A stretch of DNA of 62,924 nt, counting the filler, from Octopus bimaculoides (lineage: Eukaryota): assembly GCF_001194135.2 (NCBI RefSeq). It is 6 parts of 6 records of this genome, joined end to end, with 100 filler letters (N's around TTAATTAATTAA, not from the genome) between each part and the next. Parts side by side here need not be neighbours in the genome. Positions count along the whole stretch, not along the records: positions 1 to 29,056 come from NC_068985.1; 5 more parts are not named here. One strand, written 5' to 3'. Of this stretch, positions 1-12,178 are shown piece by piece. How positions within the stretch are numbered: the stretch's first letter is position 1; the number at the start of each line of letters is the position of its first letter. The notes below the pieces were generated by a model. It had not been told where the DNA came from, did no database searches, and saw only the letters and a program-made list of their open reading frames with translations. A program made the position numbers and the translations under genes.

Positions 1-79
1 ACTCAGAGCATAAAGACAGACGAAATACTGCTAAGCATTTCGCCCGGCGTGCTAACGTTTCTTCCAGCTCGCCGCCTTA
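1..79 (-). mobile_element. SINE family A, tRNA-derived head (cut by window edge)
   Basis: Reverse complement of the head seen in about 10 other copies (taaggcggcgagctgg...gaaacgttagcacgccgggcgaaatgc). Confidence 0.85.
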
Positions 80-153
80 TCATAAAATAGATATTACATT
101 TGTGGTATATCCCCCCCCCGCCCCTACGTTCATGTGTTTGTGTATACATGTCC

Positions 154-385
154 TATTTCTTTATTACCCACAAGGGGCTAAGCATAGAGGGGACAAACAA
201 AGACAGACAAAGGGATTAAGTCGATTACATCGACCCCCAGTGCGTAATTGGTACTTAATTTATCGACCCCGAAGGGATGAAAGGCAAAGCCGACCTCGGC
301 GGAACTTGAACTCAGAACGTAACGGCAGACGAAATACCACTAAGCATTTCACCCGGCGTGCTAACGTTTCAGCCAGCACGCCACC
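154..385 (-). mobile_element. SINE family A, near full length, tail type A1
   Basis: Minus strand: A-box-like gctggc.gaaacgtt, B-box-like gagttcaa.ttcc, body gaggtcg.ctttgcctttcatcc.ttcggggtcgataaattaagtacc (resembles the Sauria/Meta-type SINE domain from recall), tail ending gggtaataaagaaata. Confidence 0.85.
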
Positions 386-1329
386 ATGTATGTATGTGTC
401 CATGTGTATATGTGCGTATGTACGCTCCAGTGTATTCATTAAACGAAATTCATTTGTAGGAGTATTAATATGTATTTTTGCACATAGATAAAGAATGTGT
501 GTGTTCGTTTAAGAATTCAAAATGTTATGGAAACTTATTGATTTCATTTTCGACTATGTTTAAAGTTTAAGCAAAACAAATATTTATATTATGAGAAATG
601 GAAACCAGCAAATATTTTTATAAAAATAGTGAGAGCAACAAAAATAAGCAATTCGATTGCATAAAACAACCAATAAAATAGTTGTGCGACATACTGCTGA
701 AAAGATCGCTTGGCAGCGATTTTATTTTCCTGACGTTTTTATGACACAATTCTCGAGTAGAGTCAGAGTGTCACGATATTTGCAACAAGGCTGTGCCTTT
801 TGTATTACAGTTATAGTTCACCTGACGGGCCTGTTAGCATTTTGCACAGCAAATGTACGCAGTTCGATTGGATAAAAACAGCCAAGAAATAGTTGTGTGA
901 CGTACTTCTGAAAACCTTGCTCTCCGTAACGTCCGAATGACAAGGTCACGTGGCAACAAATTTCGTTTTTCTGTCACCGCTAAAATCAAGTCTGATGATA
1001 ATCGGGTGACATTACTCAATGACAATTAAAAAGTACAGCAAAATGAAAGCTTGTGGTAATCATGTTCGTCCGTAAAGAGAACCATCTTGTCATCTTTAAA
1101 CCTTTGAACCCCAGATACCCATAGTCCTCGGCACCCTCATCCCAGGTTCCCTGGGTAAAAAAGCCCCAAAAATTATTCCCCACCTAATAGTGTTTCAGCG
1201 TCACTAAGATGTGTTTTCTGTCTCTCATATTGAAATAAAATGTTAAATAGAGCGCAAAATTGTCCTTACTACATTTTTGTTTTATCGCCAATATTGGCGC
1301 TTGTGGTGCCAGTCGAACCTGCAGTTACT

Positions 1330-1550
1330 GTCTGGCTCTCCAATGCAGAAAATACTAGCCAGTAAAGAGGCCGCTGGGATTTTTATATCTGCAGCTGGAG
1401 GCTGGAATTTGTATTTATATCTGCGGCTGGCGGCTGGAATAGCGGCCGACTGGGGTACTTGTAAACAGTACAACGTGGCAGCCGGTAAAGTGGCCGCTGG
1501 GGTATTTGCATCTGCAGCTGGCGGCCGGAATGACGGCCGCTGGGATTCTG
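1330..1550. repeat. GC-rich degenerate ~35-40 bp internal repeats, possibly a retroelement ORF1 remnant
   Basis: Three imperfect copies of ggccgctggg...atctgc(a/g)gctggcggctggaat; minus-strand translation is Pro-Ala-Ala rich. Confidence 0.35.
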
Positions 1551-1894
1551 AGGGTTAAAGACGACTGATGAGTTGCGTGGAGACTGTTTAAAGGGAAGAA
1601 GGATTATCTACTCTCAACGTCACTCCCTCGTCCGTGACCAGTGGCAACACCAGGTCAAGACTACTGGGGATGGAGACAGATGCATTGAATGATCAAGATG
1701 TCTTACTTGCCTCTTCATGCTCTCTGCACTTCACAATGCGGTGCTACCACCGCCTTCACCTCGGTCCAATCAAGAAGTTTTCTTCCGCAAAGTCCACGGA
1801 ACCCAGTCTTCACATGAATAGGTGGGAAAGCCCTGATATGCTAATTAACCCATTGCTAGGACCCTCATAGGAGCTCCACTGAGACCGACTTTGC

Positions 1895-2150
1895 CTATCG
1901 GTCCCTTTTGCCGAACTGTTAAGTTACGGGGATGCAAACACACCAGCATCGGTTCTGAAGCGATGGTGGGGAAAACACAGGCACACAAACATACATACAC
2001 GGGCTTCTTTCAGTCTCCGCCTGCCAAATCCACTCACAAGGCTTTGGTTGGCCCGAAGCTATAGCAGAAGACACTTGACCAAGGTGCCACGCAGTGAAAC
2101 TGAACCCGGAACTTTGTGGTTGGGAAGCAAGCTACTTATCACACAGCCAT
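1895..2150 (-). mobile_element. SINE family B (tRNA head plus CORE-like domain)
   Basis: Minus: atggctgtgtg.taag...gggttcagt...gtggcaccttgg.caagtgtcttc, a CORE-like motif, then aaagaagcccg and a microsatellite-interrupted 3' body. Confidence 0.85.
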
Positions 2151-2156
2151 CATGTA

Positions 2157-2225
<69 letters not shown>

Positions 2226-2237
2226 ATATATACATAC

Positions 2238-2392
2238 ACGGGCTTCTTTCAGTCTCCGTCTGCCAAATCCACTCACAAGGCTTTAGTCAGCCTGAGGCTA
2301 TAGTAGAAGACACTTGCCCAAGGTGCCACGCAGTGGGACTGAACCCGGAACTATGTGGTTGGGAAGCAAGCTTCTTACCACACAGCCACGCC
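2238..2392 (-). mobile_element. SINE family B, 5' half
   Basis: Second copy adjacent to 1895-2150, separated by (TA)/(TG) repeats. Confidence 0.85.
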
Positions 2393-3493
2393 TGACAAAC
2401 TCTATTTGCAAGACAGTTCACGCAAGTAGTACATATATGAAGTATATATATATATATATATATATGCGTACGTGTGTATATATATGTATGTATAATGACG
2501 TGTATTTAAATTCAAATCTATTTACAATATGTGCTATGTGCTCCCCATACATTTTTCGACTCGCAATATATTTCTACCGAGTTTACATTATAATTGAAAT
2601 AAATTTGCATCAATTCCTATTGGACTTTCAGAATATCATAAATATATTATGAAAATACATAAGAAGGAATTATTTCTGCAGAAAAAAAAAATGAAAGAAA
2701 ATAGTAATCATTTGGTATTTTTTGAAAGAAAGAAAGTTAAACATTTTGCTTGCTCCTGTGTGAAATATTCGACGTCATTGTTGCCATCGAGTGTCTGTGT
2801 CATTGTGTCAATAGAGACAGTTCAGAAAGTCATGAAAATTAAGTAGATCTGTGTTCGTATGTGCGAATGTGTGTGTGAGAGAGAGAGAGAGCTCGTCGAC
2901 GAAACTCTAGTAACAATGTTGGGTCAAATTTAAACAACAGCATCTCACACTCGAAACCACACGATTGCAAAGCAGACCTCATAGCTACCAAATTATACGC
3001 GTACATATCATACATACATTATTTTGTATATTTTCATTTCGTATATTTTCATTTGTCTCGCCTTTTTTACAGTCTGGCGTCTTGCTGAATTTTTTTTCTT
3101 GAGAACATACTCTTCGTGGTTAGGTGATTTGGCATCTATTTCTAGCATTTAGGAGTCCACTTTTGGTGGTCAATCCTCTTAATTTTGTATGTAATATAAT
3201 TTTAATCTTCGGATTTTTTTAAATATGCTAAGCCACTGGTTTTAATTGATTAATATCAATTTCTACCCTCATTATTAAATTTATATATATATAAGCAAAA
3301 TAGTTATAAAGCCTCAAGAAAAGATAGAGCAGTAACGTATATTAAACAGTAAAGCGAGTCACCATATCAAAGTGGCAGTTGAATGTTACTACTAGTTTAA
3401 CCCCAGGCAGATTCTCCACTAGCTGGTTTTCGGTGCAACGCTCTGCACCTTTTATAAACAATATTGTATTGTATATACAAGATCGTATTGTAT

Positions 3494-3730
3494 TAAGGTA
3501 GCGCGCTGGCAGAAACGTTAGCACGCGAGGCGAAATGCTTAGCGGTATTTTGTCTGCTGCTACGTTCTGAGTTCAAATTCCGCCGAGGTCGACTTTGCCT
3601 TTCGTCCTTTCGGGGTCGATAAATTAAGTACCAGTTACACACTGGAATCGATGTAATCGACTTAATCCCTTTGTCTGTCCTTGTTTGTCCTCCCCCACTG
3701 TGTTTAGCCCCTTGTTGGCAATAAAGAAAG
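3494..3730 (+). mobile_element. SINE family A, full length, tail A1
   Basis: Head taaggtagcgcgctggcagaaacgttagc, B-box gagttcaaattcc, tail ...ggcaataaagaaag. Confidence 0.9.
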
Positions 3731-5165
3731 AAGAAACGTTAGCCTAGCGTGCTAACGTTTCTGGCAGCTTGCCGCCTTATAGCGTGCAAATATTAGTTAA
3801 TGAAACCCTTTAGTAGAATATTTGAGGGCTTCCCATGGGTCTCGAATCTACTTCTGTAAACATGACAGGCGTTTTCTCACAGGACCAAACTAACCTTTCG
3901 AATTTCCCGATCCGTTTTAAAAACTTCAAATATAAATATAAATACTGTTGTTCGTTTGTTTGACTAAAACCTTCAAGACAGTGCCCCAGCATGGCCGCAG
4001 TGTAATAACTGAAACAACTAACTGACGAAAGATACATATGGAGGCGAGTGGTAGAATCAGTAGAAGATCTATTATGGTTGTGTTTCTGACATGGAATTAT
4101 ATTCCTGATGGTATACAAATTGTTCTACCAAACTTGCCCGAGCCGCAACCCTTGCCTCGCGACCACGTTCCCCCACAGAAATTTTGAATCTCAAACTAAT
4201 CTGAGTTGAAGTAATTTTGTGACGTCAACCTGAATTCAAGATCACCCGTACTTAATACTATAGTCGCGAAATCTCTGCACCGCCTTGTTGGCATCGTTTC
4301 ACAACTTATGTGTCTTTAGGAAAGATCTCTTATATCCATCACAGATTTTCAATGATTTTGTTCTCCTTTCAACTCTTTCTGCATCTAGCAATCTTATACA
4401 AATACAGACATGCGCAAATATCAAATAATAATAACACAGATCCAGTAATCTTAGAAGAAGGAGACCAGTCAATAAGTACTCGTTGGTATTTATTTTATCC
4501 ACTTCGAATGGATGAAAAGCAAAAGCTACCGCAACGGAATTTGAACTTCGAACATCATGAGTTAGCCAAAATAATTCTTTCTACTAAAGGCACAGGGTCT
4601 GAGATTCTAAAGAACAGGGGCGTTCGATTACATTGACTCCAGTGCTGAACTGGTACTTATTTCATCGACCTTGAAAAGACGAAATGAAAAGTCGGCCTTG
4701 ACCAGATTTGAACTAAGAACGTTACGAATTGGAAGAAATGATAATGCACATAAATTCATAGACTCACCTACTCCCCAAATTTATAGATTTATATAACAAC
4801 AATTACAGGTTTCTTTATATATTTTCACAAATCGTATTCAAAGATTTAATTGAAATACTATAAATATTCAAAATAAAATTCGTTACTAAACTTAATAATT
4901 AAACAATTTTTTCATATAATAATTAAAAATAATAATGAAAGATTTAAACATTATTATCATGTTTCCCAGGTGTTGAATCTTTATGTGATGCAAATATATA
5001 CAGCACACGTTTTGTCAGAAACCAGCTAGCAGTTTCAAGTGACGAATCTTTGGGATCAAATTTAAAATAAATGTTTAAGGAAACGGTCTTTGTGTGTTTC
5101 TGAATGTCTAACTTATGCCTCCGACGCTACAAGCACTGTACACACACACACACACACACACACAC

Positions 5166-5257
5166 AGAAGACACTTGCCCAAGGTGCCACGCAGTGGGAC
5201 TGAACCCGGAACCATGTGGTTCGTAAGCAAGCTACTTACCACACAGCCACTCCTACG
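5166..5257 (-). mobile_element. SINE family B head fragment
   Basis: agaagacacttgcccaaggtgccacgcagtgggactgaacccgg... matches other B copies. Confidence 0.8.
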
Positions 5258-5469
5258 CCTGCAGAAATTATTCAAACAAAACTTTCCTTGGCAGTGTTCA
5301 AATCAAAAACTACAAGCAAACATTACTGTGAACGTATTGTATGTATGCAATAATTCTGTGGTGTCACCGAATACTGGATCGCTAAGTTTACCATTAGTGA
5401 GAATAAGCTCGGAAACCAAACTGAAGGTAATTTTCTATGAACTGAATTGACATGCATTGCCGTTGTAGA

Positions 5470-5606
5470 AGTGGTAACACCATCATTGGTTGAAAGATCG
5501 GTCGGCCGAGATGTGCAGACGACATGGAACTGTTTACCGGATCAGAAGTTAATCTCCAGCATGAACAGCATAGGTTCGCCGCCGAGTGCTGCACGTGAAG
5601 GATGAG
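5470..5606 (+). pseudogene. Decayed non-LTR reverse transcriptase fragment (YADD region)
   Basis: Reads GNTIIG*KIGRPRCADDMELFTGSEVNLQHEQHRFAAEC, similar to the RTE-type GITIGGRKIxxLRYADDxxL...LQ motif with YADD changed to CADD. Confidence 0.55.
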
Positions 5607-5852
5607 AATTAGTATTGTAAATACTATGATACTGAAAATCTCAAGAAATTCTTCACTTCCCAGTGTACACCATCGTCATATGTCTGAAAAGAGGTAAAAT
5701 ATTGAAATTTCAAAAACGATGAATGAAATTTGTAAAAATATAGCTACAAATAAAACAAAAATGCTACTGTGAAAATGATATAAACACACACACACATACT
5801 TATGTATATGCATATATGACATTTCAACATATACATACATGTGTGTGTGTGT

Positions 5853-5909
<57 letters not shown>

Positions 5910-6494
5910 CATATACGTAAACAGACATTACGTTATACACATATCGTGCACACGTACAGACATATATAAATGAATACATGTATATGTGCGTGCGCGACCG
6001 TGTGTGCATGTATGTATGCATATATGTGAATGTTCTTGTTAAGGAACGTGTATGCGTCCTTTCATGGACGGTTCTTCATAAAGAGCAGTTGCTCAGGCTC
6101 ACATACATGTAGAAAAAACAATTATAAATATTGTAGATATATACGCATGCGTGCCTGTACTTATGAGTCGCAAAATTTTCTCTTTCACGTTTTTAAATGA
6201 AATGTAAGGCGAATAGCATAATTTTTTAAACTCTTATCTTGGTTGAATATTTGTCGCGTTGTAATTCCATTTTAAAAGTATTTTACTTTACACTGAAGCC
6301 AGTAGAGTGATGTTTTATTGATATAACCAACAAGTTAACTTAAATATACTTATATTTAAACAACACTAAAATACACAACAATATAATATCGTTTCTTAGT
6401 TAAATCAATATGAACATTTCAGCATTGATACAGAAGAGAGTAGCATCGGGAATCATATGTGTGTGCGTTTGTATTTGTATGCAACATAAACATA

Positions 6495-6556
<62 letters not shown>

Positions 6557-6559
6557 CGC

Positions 6560-6595
<36 letters not shown>

Positions 6596-6988
6596 ATGTA
6601 TGTATATATAGAATTTGAGGAAACAATTCCTATATAATACCGTTGTTATCCATGCAATCTTTATTTACATTTCCCAATATAATTTTTGCATATTACACCC
6701 CTCACGATAAGCTACACATCCGTCTTTCTACTTCACTCACATAAACATTTATAAATATAAATATAATACATATATTTTTTTCAAATAAAGTTGATGCTTT
6801 AGTAGCATTTTAACGCTCAACACTAGCGAAATTTTAAACGATAAATTTCGATTCACGTGAATTCAGCGTCTTTCCAAATAGTTTGTATACATCTGAAAAT
6901 TTCCCAAACATATCCTCAAATACTTCATTTCGTAACTCAAGACTAAAATATACTTATTTTTCCTGCAGAGATCTAACAATGCAAAAGA

Positions 6989-7165
6989 GTCAGACAAAGG
7001 GATTAAGTCGATTACATCGACCTCAGTGTGTAATTGGTACTTAATTTATCGACCCTGAAAGGCAAAGTCGACCTCGGCGGAATTTGAACTCAGAACGAAA
7101 CGGCAGACGAAATACTGCTTAGCATTTCGCCCGGCGTGCTAACGTTTCTGCCAGCTCGACGCTTC
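6989..7165 (-). mobile_element. SINE family A
   Basis: Same head and body as 154-385 with a small internal deletion. Confidence 0.85.
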
Positions 7166-7313
7166 TTCTTATCTAGTAATAATATATCAATTAGTTATTA
7201 ACGCTTTATTCATTATTTTTCATTTAAATTTTGCGAAATTTAAATGAAAAATAATGAGATTTGTGTGTGCATTTGTATTTTGCTTACACACACACACAAA
7301 CACGCGCGAGCGA

Positions 7314-7315
<2 letters not shown>

Positions 7316-7387
<72 letters not shown>
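7316..7387. repeat. (CA)n microsatellite
   Basis: Direct reading. Confidence 0.95.
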
Positions 7388-7390
<3 letters not shown>

Positions 7391-7614
7391 GACATACACA
7401 CATACATACATATATATATATAATGTGTGTGCCTGTATGTGTAATACGTGTGTAGCTGGATAGATTGACAGATAAAAGTAAAGATGCATAACATAAAAAC
7501 AGGAACATAGATTTCGAAAATATTCGGAAATATGCTCGTGCTATTCTGAAAGCATGGACATGTATATATGTACATATGCCGTGTTTATATACATACATAC
7601 ATACATACATACAT

Positions 7615-7616
<2 letters not shown>

Positions 7617-7683
<67 letters not shown>
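7617..7683. repeat. (GATA)n microsatellite following (CATA)n
   Basis: Direct reading. Confidence 0.95.
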
Positions 7684-7684
<1 letters not shown>

Positions 7685-7807
7685 TTCGATACAAATAGAA
7701 TTCAACTAATTCATATGCTGTGAACAGTCCGTAAGCAGATGACATCCAAGACCAACGGAAATAAATATAATGTGCCTTTTGTGAGAATGAATAGCTATGC
7801 GTTTCAT

Positions 7808-8180
7808 GACACTCCGTCGGTTACGACGACGAGCGTTCCAGCTGATCCGATGAACGGAACAGCCTGCTCGTGAAATTAACGTACGAGTGGCTGAGCACTC
7901 CACAGACACGTGTACCTTTAACGTAGTTCTCGGGGAGATTCAGCGTGACACAGAGTGTGACAAGGCTGGCCCCTTTGAATTACAGGTACAACAGAAACAG
8001 GAAGAAAGAGTGAGAGAGAGTTGTGGTGAAAGGATACAGCAGGGTTCACCACCATCCCCTGCTTCGTGGAGCTTTTGTTATTTTCGCTCAATAAACACTC
8101 ACAACGCCTGGTCTGGGAATCGAAACCATGATCCTAAGACCGCGAGTCCGCTGCCCTAACCACGGCCATTGCGCCTCCAC
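7808..8180 (-). mobile_element. SINE family C (tRNA-Arg-like head)
   Basis: Minus: ggaggcgcaatggcc.tggttagggcagcggactcgcgg...gtttcgattcccagacc head; tail ...cgtcgtaa.cgacggagtg. Further copies at 16401, 24648, 59193. Confidence 0.85.
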
Positions 8181-8212
8181 AGCTATGCGTTTATATATAT
8201 ACAGCGGAAGAA

Positions 8213-8383
8213 TTCACAAAAAAGACAAAATGCGAAAGCAGGTGGTGAAGACAACAAACGGATGTATTAGTATAACGCTAAGGAAGTGAAAAAGTCTTTA
8301 ACGTTTCGAGCCTACGCTCTTCCACAGAAATGAACACAGAAAGAAACAAGGAGAGAGAAAAAAGAATGTGTAGAGGCTAGCGA
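8213..8383 (-). mobile_element. Family D short non-coding element (Penelope pLTR-like) carrying a minimal hammerhead motif
   Basis: Homologous to 22985, 30543, 45085 and 54077; flanked by (TA)n; motif at 8297-8330. Confidence 0.7.
8297..8330 (-). ncRNA. Minimal type I hammerhead-like motif, A6U variant
   Basis: ttt CTGTGGA a GAGC-gtag-GCTC GAAACGTT aaa: 3-bp stem I, 4-bp stem II, palindromic ACGT stem III. Confidence 0.55.
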
Positions 8384-8849
8384 TATATATATATATATAT
8401 ATATGTATATAAATATATATATATGACCTGCTGATGGGATTGTACTGATAGGTTTCTATATTATGACTATGTATAAGCTTTTCACCTTTTTTACTTGGAT
8501 TTTATATCTTTATATTTTTTAATATCTTTAATCATTTTTATGTTTTTTACATAATTATAGGGGGTTGTTTTGTATTTTTTCCACATATTTTTCTGTTTTC
8601 CCCCCTCCACCCTGTTTTTCCTGTACGCCTATAGACACGTACAAGGAACTTTATATGTGAGCGCTTTTGAGTGTGCGCGTGGATGCATACGTATGTAGAT
8701 ATATGCGTGCGTATATAGAGATATGTGCGTGCGTTTGTGGATATATGCGTGCATGCGATAATATGCGCAGTTTTAGACGCGTTTTGATCTTGTTACTACA
8801 CAGTAATTTCCCTTTGTTTTTAACGGTCATTTTTCACAGGAATTTTCAA

Positions 8850-8923
8850 TGGCCGGATAACTGAAGAGATGTTGGCGTGGGCTTCCACCCTGGCATCCGA
8901 AACTCGGAGTCTTATCATGGCTA
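8850..8923 (+). ncRNA. Type I hammerhead ribozyme, intact core
   Basis: Stem I gataa/ttatc extended by tggcc/ggcta; CTGAAGA 8861-8867; long stem II GATGTTGG.GTGG/CCAC.CTGGCATC; GAAA 8899-8902; stem III ACT-cgg-AGT; GUC site after 8911. Confidence 0.85.
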
Positions 8924-8952
8924 CTGAATAAGTGTCATATATTTTTAAAGTT

Positions 8953-8983
<31 letters not shown>

Positions 8984-9016
8984 GGAATAATTACTGTGAA
9001 GCATTGTGTAGAATAT

Positions 9017-9185
9017 ATTGTATAAAAAATCGTGGGTAAGGCCAAAACAATTCGAAGTAAATGCAAGATAAATCACGAGAGAACAAATATGTGAATTAAT
9101 ATAGACTTACCTTGTATTCAATATTGTATTCAAATTGAGAAATACTTCGCATTGTTTTGGCCTTACCCACGATTTTTTATACAAT
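9017..9185. mobile_element. MITE with 43-bp terminal inverted repeats
   Basis: 9017-9059 attgtataaaaaatcgtgggtaaggccaaaacaattcgaagta is inverted at 9143-9185 with one mismatch; TA-rich flanks. Confidence 0.8.
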
Positions 9186-9650
9186 GTATATATATCTTAA
9201 ATTGTAAAACATGATTGACACCATTACTACATGAACCTGAACTGAAAATGGCATAGTTTAATGCATGAAAGACTAGTTCAATCAGAATGGACATTTAATA
9301 TTCTGTCATTTCATTATATTATATTATTATAAGATTGTAAATAAAACGTGGAAATCAGACAAAGTTGGAATTTTCTTTGTGTAACGTATATNNNNNNNNN
9401 NNNNNNNNNNNNNNNNNNNNNNNNNNNNNNNNNNNNNNNNNNNNNTATATATATATATATATATATATATCCTTGTCTTGAGTCGTTTGCAATTCTTTTA
9501 CACTACATATTGTTTTATCCTTCTTTAAGCTATTTGCACTCTGGCAGAATTTAGTTATATAGAAATGTATGTATTTCATACATAATTACAAACATATAAA
9601 TGCGCGCGCGTATGTGAGTGAGCGTTTATGTGTATGTATATGTGTACATA

Positions 9651-9695
<45 letters not shown>

Positions 9696-9769
9696 TATAT
9701 CAATTATATGAATATACATTCATGAATAGATTGAGCATAGCTCTTTATAAATACTTTATNNNNNNNNNN

Positions 9770-9820
<51 letters not shown>

Positions 9821-10344
9821 TATATATATATGTATGTGTATATATATATAATATATATATGTATGATATATATGTATATGTATATGCATGTGTGTGTATG
9901 TATGTGTGTGTGCGTGCGCGCGCGCGTGTGTGTGTGTGCAATGATTTTATTGTCATACAGGCGTGAATTAAAATTAACCGCAAAAATAACTCAATACTAG
10001 CTGGTAAGTAGAGCAGAAGACTTTATTCAAAGTTGTGTCTGCTTCTGTCGCTTTTGACGATTACCGCTTCCGGGTCTCCGGTGCCTGTCATGAAAGGTTT
10101 TATGTAAACACACTGAGCAGATGGTTTTTATATCTCATGTGTCTCAGCAACAACCTTGGCCTGTGTCGTTGGTTCGATATGTGTGGGCAAATGACAGTGA
10201 AGGGGAGAAAGGGAAGGAGACAGTCACGAAAAGAGAGGGGTCAAAGATAAGCGGAAGGAGGGGAGAAGGACGACGAGGAGGAGGGGGAGGAGGAGGAGGA
10301 GGAGGAGGAGGAGGAAGAGGACGAGGATGATGACAACGACGTCA

Positions 10345-10539
10345 AGAAGAAGAAGAAGAAGAAGAAGAAGAAGAAGAAGAGTTGGAAGAAGAAGAGAAGA
10401 AGAAGAAGAAGAAGAAGAAGAAGAAGAAGAAGAAGAAGAAGAAGAGTTGGAAGAAGAAGAAGAAGAAGAAGAAGAAGAAGAAGAAGAAGAAGAGTTGGAA
10501 GAAGAAGAGAAGAAGAAGAAGAAGAAGAAGAAGAAGAAG
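10345..10539. repeat. (GAA)n microsatellite with gagttg interruptions
   Basis: Direct reading; explains the poly-E/K/R ORFs. Confidence 0.95.
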
Positions 10540-11152
10540 ATTATGTTGATGGTGATGATAATGAAGGTGAATCTTCATGAAGAAGAAGGAGAAAAAAAGA
10601 AGAATTTCTGATGAAAGAAGGACGATTGGAGAAGAAAGGTGATTTAATAAGATAATATAAAGATGGAATAACCAGAACGATGGTTTAGTCTTTAGTTCAA
10701 TTCAAGCAGAGATGTTCTAATTAATCGCCATTATTATTGGGTTCTGAAGAATATATGTTGAATATATAAAGTTGGATATAATAAAGTTGAGAATAGTATT
10801 TCTGCCGTGTTCTGATTAATTGTTTATTGCAAAGGAATGGCGTGGTGGGGGACAATAGATTAGATCGACCCTTCCACGCAACTGGTATTTAATTTTATAT
10901 ATATTCTGGAAATATATTTAATTCAATAATAGGATAAAGTCTTTTATAAGAATTTATCAAGTAGCTAGCGGGAAAAAATCTCATTAGGAAAAAATCCATC
11001 ATTTATTCCCTAAAATGTATATATTTATAAAGGGCATTACTATACATGAATGTTTCACGGTAAGAGGGACTCTAAGGTAAAACTACCATAATAAACACAT
11101 TTTTTACCGAACGCGAGGAAATGCAACTCTCAAAGCTAGCCCCCTAAAATCA

Positions 11153-11225
11153 GACTAAACTATAGATCATGATTTCGTAATTATTGCAGTAATATGCACC
11201 TTTTACTCGTCAGTATAGTATGGTC
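11153..11225 (-). ncRNA. Type I hammerhead ribozyme, intact core, palindromic stem III
   Basis: Minus: gaccatactata CTGACGA GTAA-aagg-TGCA-tattac-TGCA-ataa-TTAC GAA ATCATGAT C tatagtttagtc; stem I 10 of 12 paired; AUC site between 11165 and 11164. Confidence 0.88.
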
Positions 11226-12121
11226 AAGACACATAAAAATAAACAAAAAAAAATCAACATACCAGACGAACACTTCATGTATTCAGCATTGTACACAGAA
11301 GAATGTATATCCCTATATATAAAATTTTAACTTGTTACATTTGAATAACCATAACGTTAGGTACACACACACACATATTTCAGTTTTAAATATCAAACAC
11401 ATTCCTGGAAGCTGGTGCGTAAATATTAATGACCTTTAGGGACGCTATATTTCGTTATTCAACCATAACATAATACAAAGTATGTAAAACTTTTGGTACT
11501 TTTTGGTTATCTCATCCCCATTAAACAATTGCCATTAAAAATTGGGTTATCTCCCTACGAAAAAATTTAGTTTATGTGACAAGAGATTGGATTAAAGGAG
11601 TTAGATCCTTTTCATTTAATACTTCAGCACATTATTGACTTTTGGCCCTCTCAATACGCATTGTAGGATTTATAATAAAAATGTTATAAGGTCCAATGCT
11701 TAATTGTTTCCAGCTTTCGTGTTTATTAATCTTTTCAGTTTTCTATGATTTGTTATAAAAATATTATCAGATTCAATACGAAGTTTCATCATTTCACTTT
11801 TTTATTATTATTATTAAGGTTTAAACAATTTTTTTAGTTGAGAGAGATGACCAAAAGTACCGATATTTCTCATAAAATGTCGGGAGATAACCCAATATTT
11901 TAATGGCGGTGAGACTAAAACTCAAAATTACAAATTAAAATTTAAAAGCTAAACTTTAAATTACAAACTAAGAAAACTAAATTATTAAAAATCTACAAAA
12001 ACTAAAAACTAAAAATGATTGAGTTGAAACTTGCTCGTTTCTAACTTATGTTGATAGGGAAGTAGGTGAAAAGAAGAGAGTGTACACATATATATACATA
12101 CATACATATACATAGATATAT

Positions 12122-12178
<57 letters not shown>

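Noticed and set aside
5459-5609. Possible terminal coding exon after ttgtag (VVTPSLVERSVG...)
   Set aside because: Another frame of the same bases matches the RT YADD region, so it is better explained as a LINE remnant.
10327-10611. Poly-Glu/Lys/Arg ORF and the many His-Thr, Tyr-Ile and Cys-Val ORFs in the track
   Set aside because: Translations of microsatellites or N gaps.
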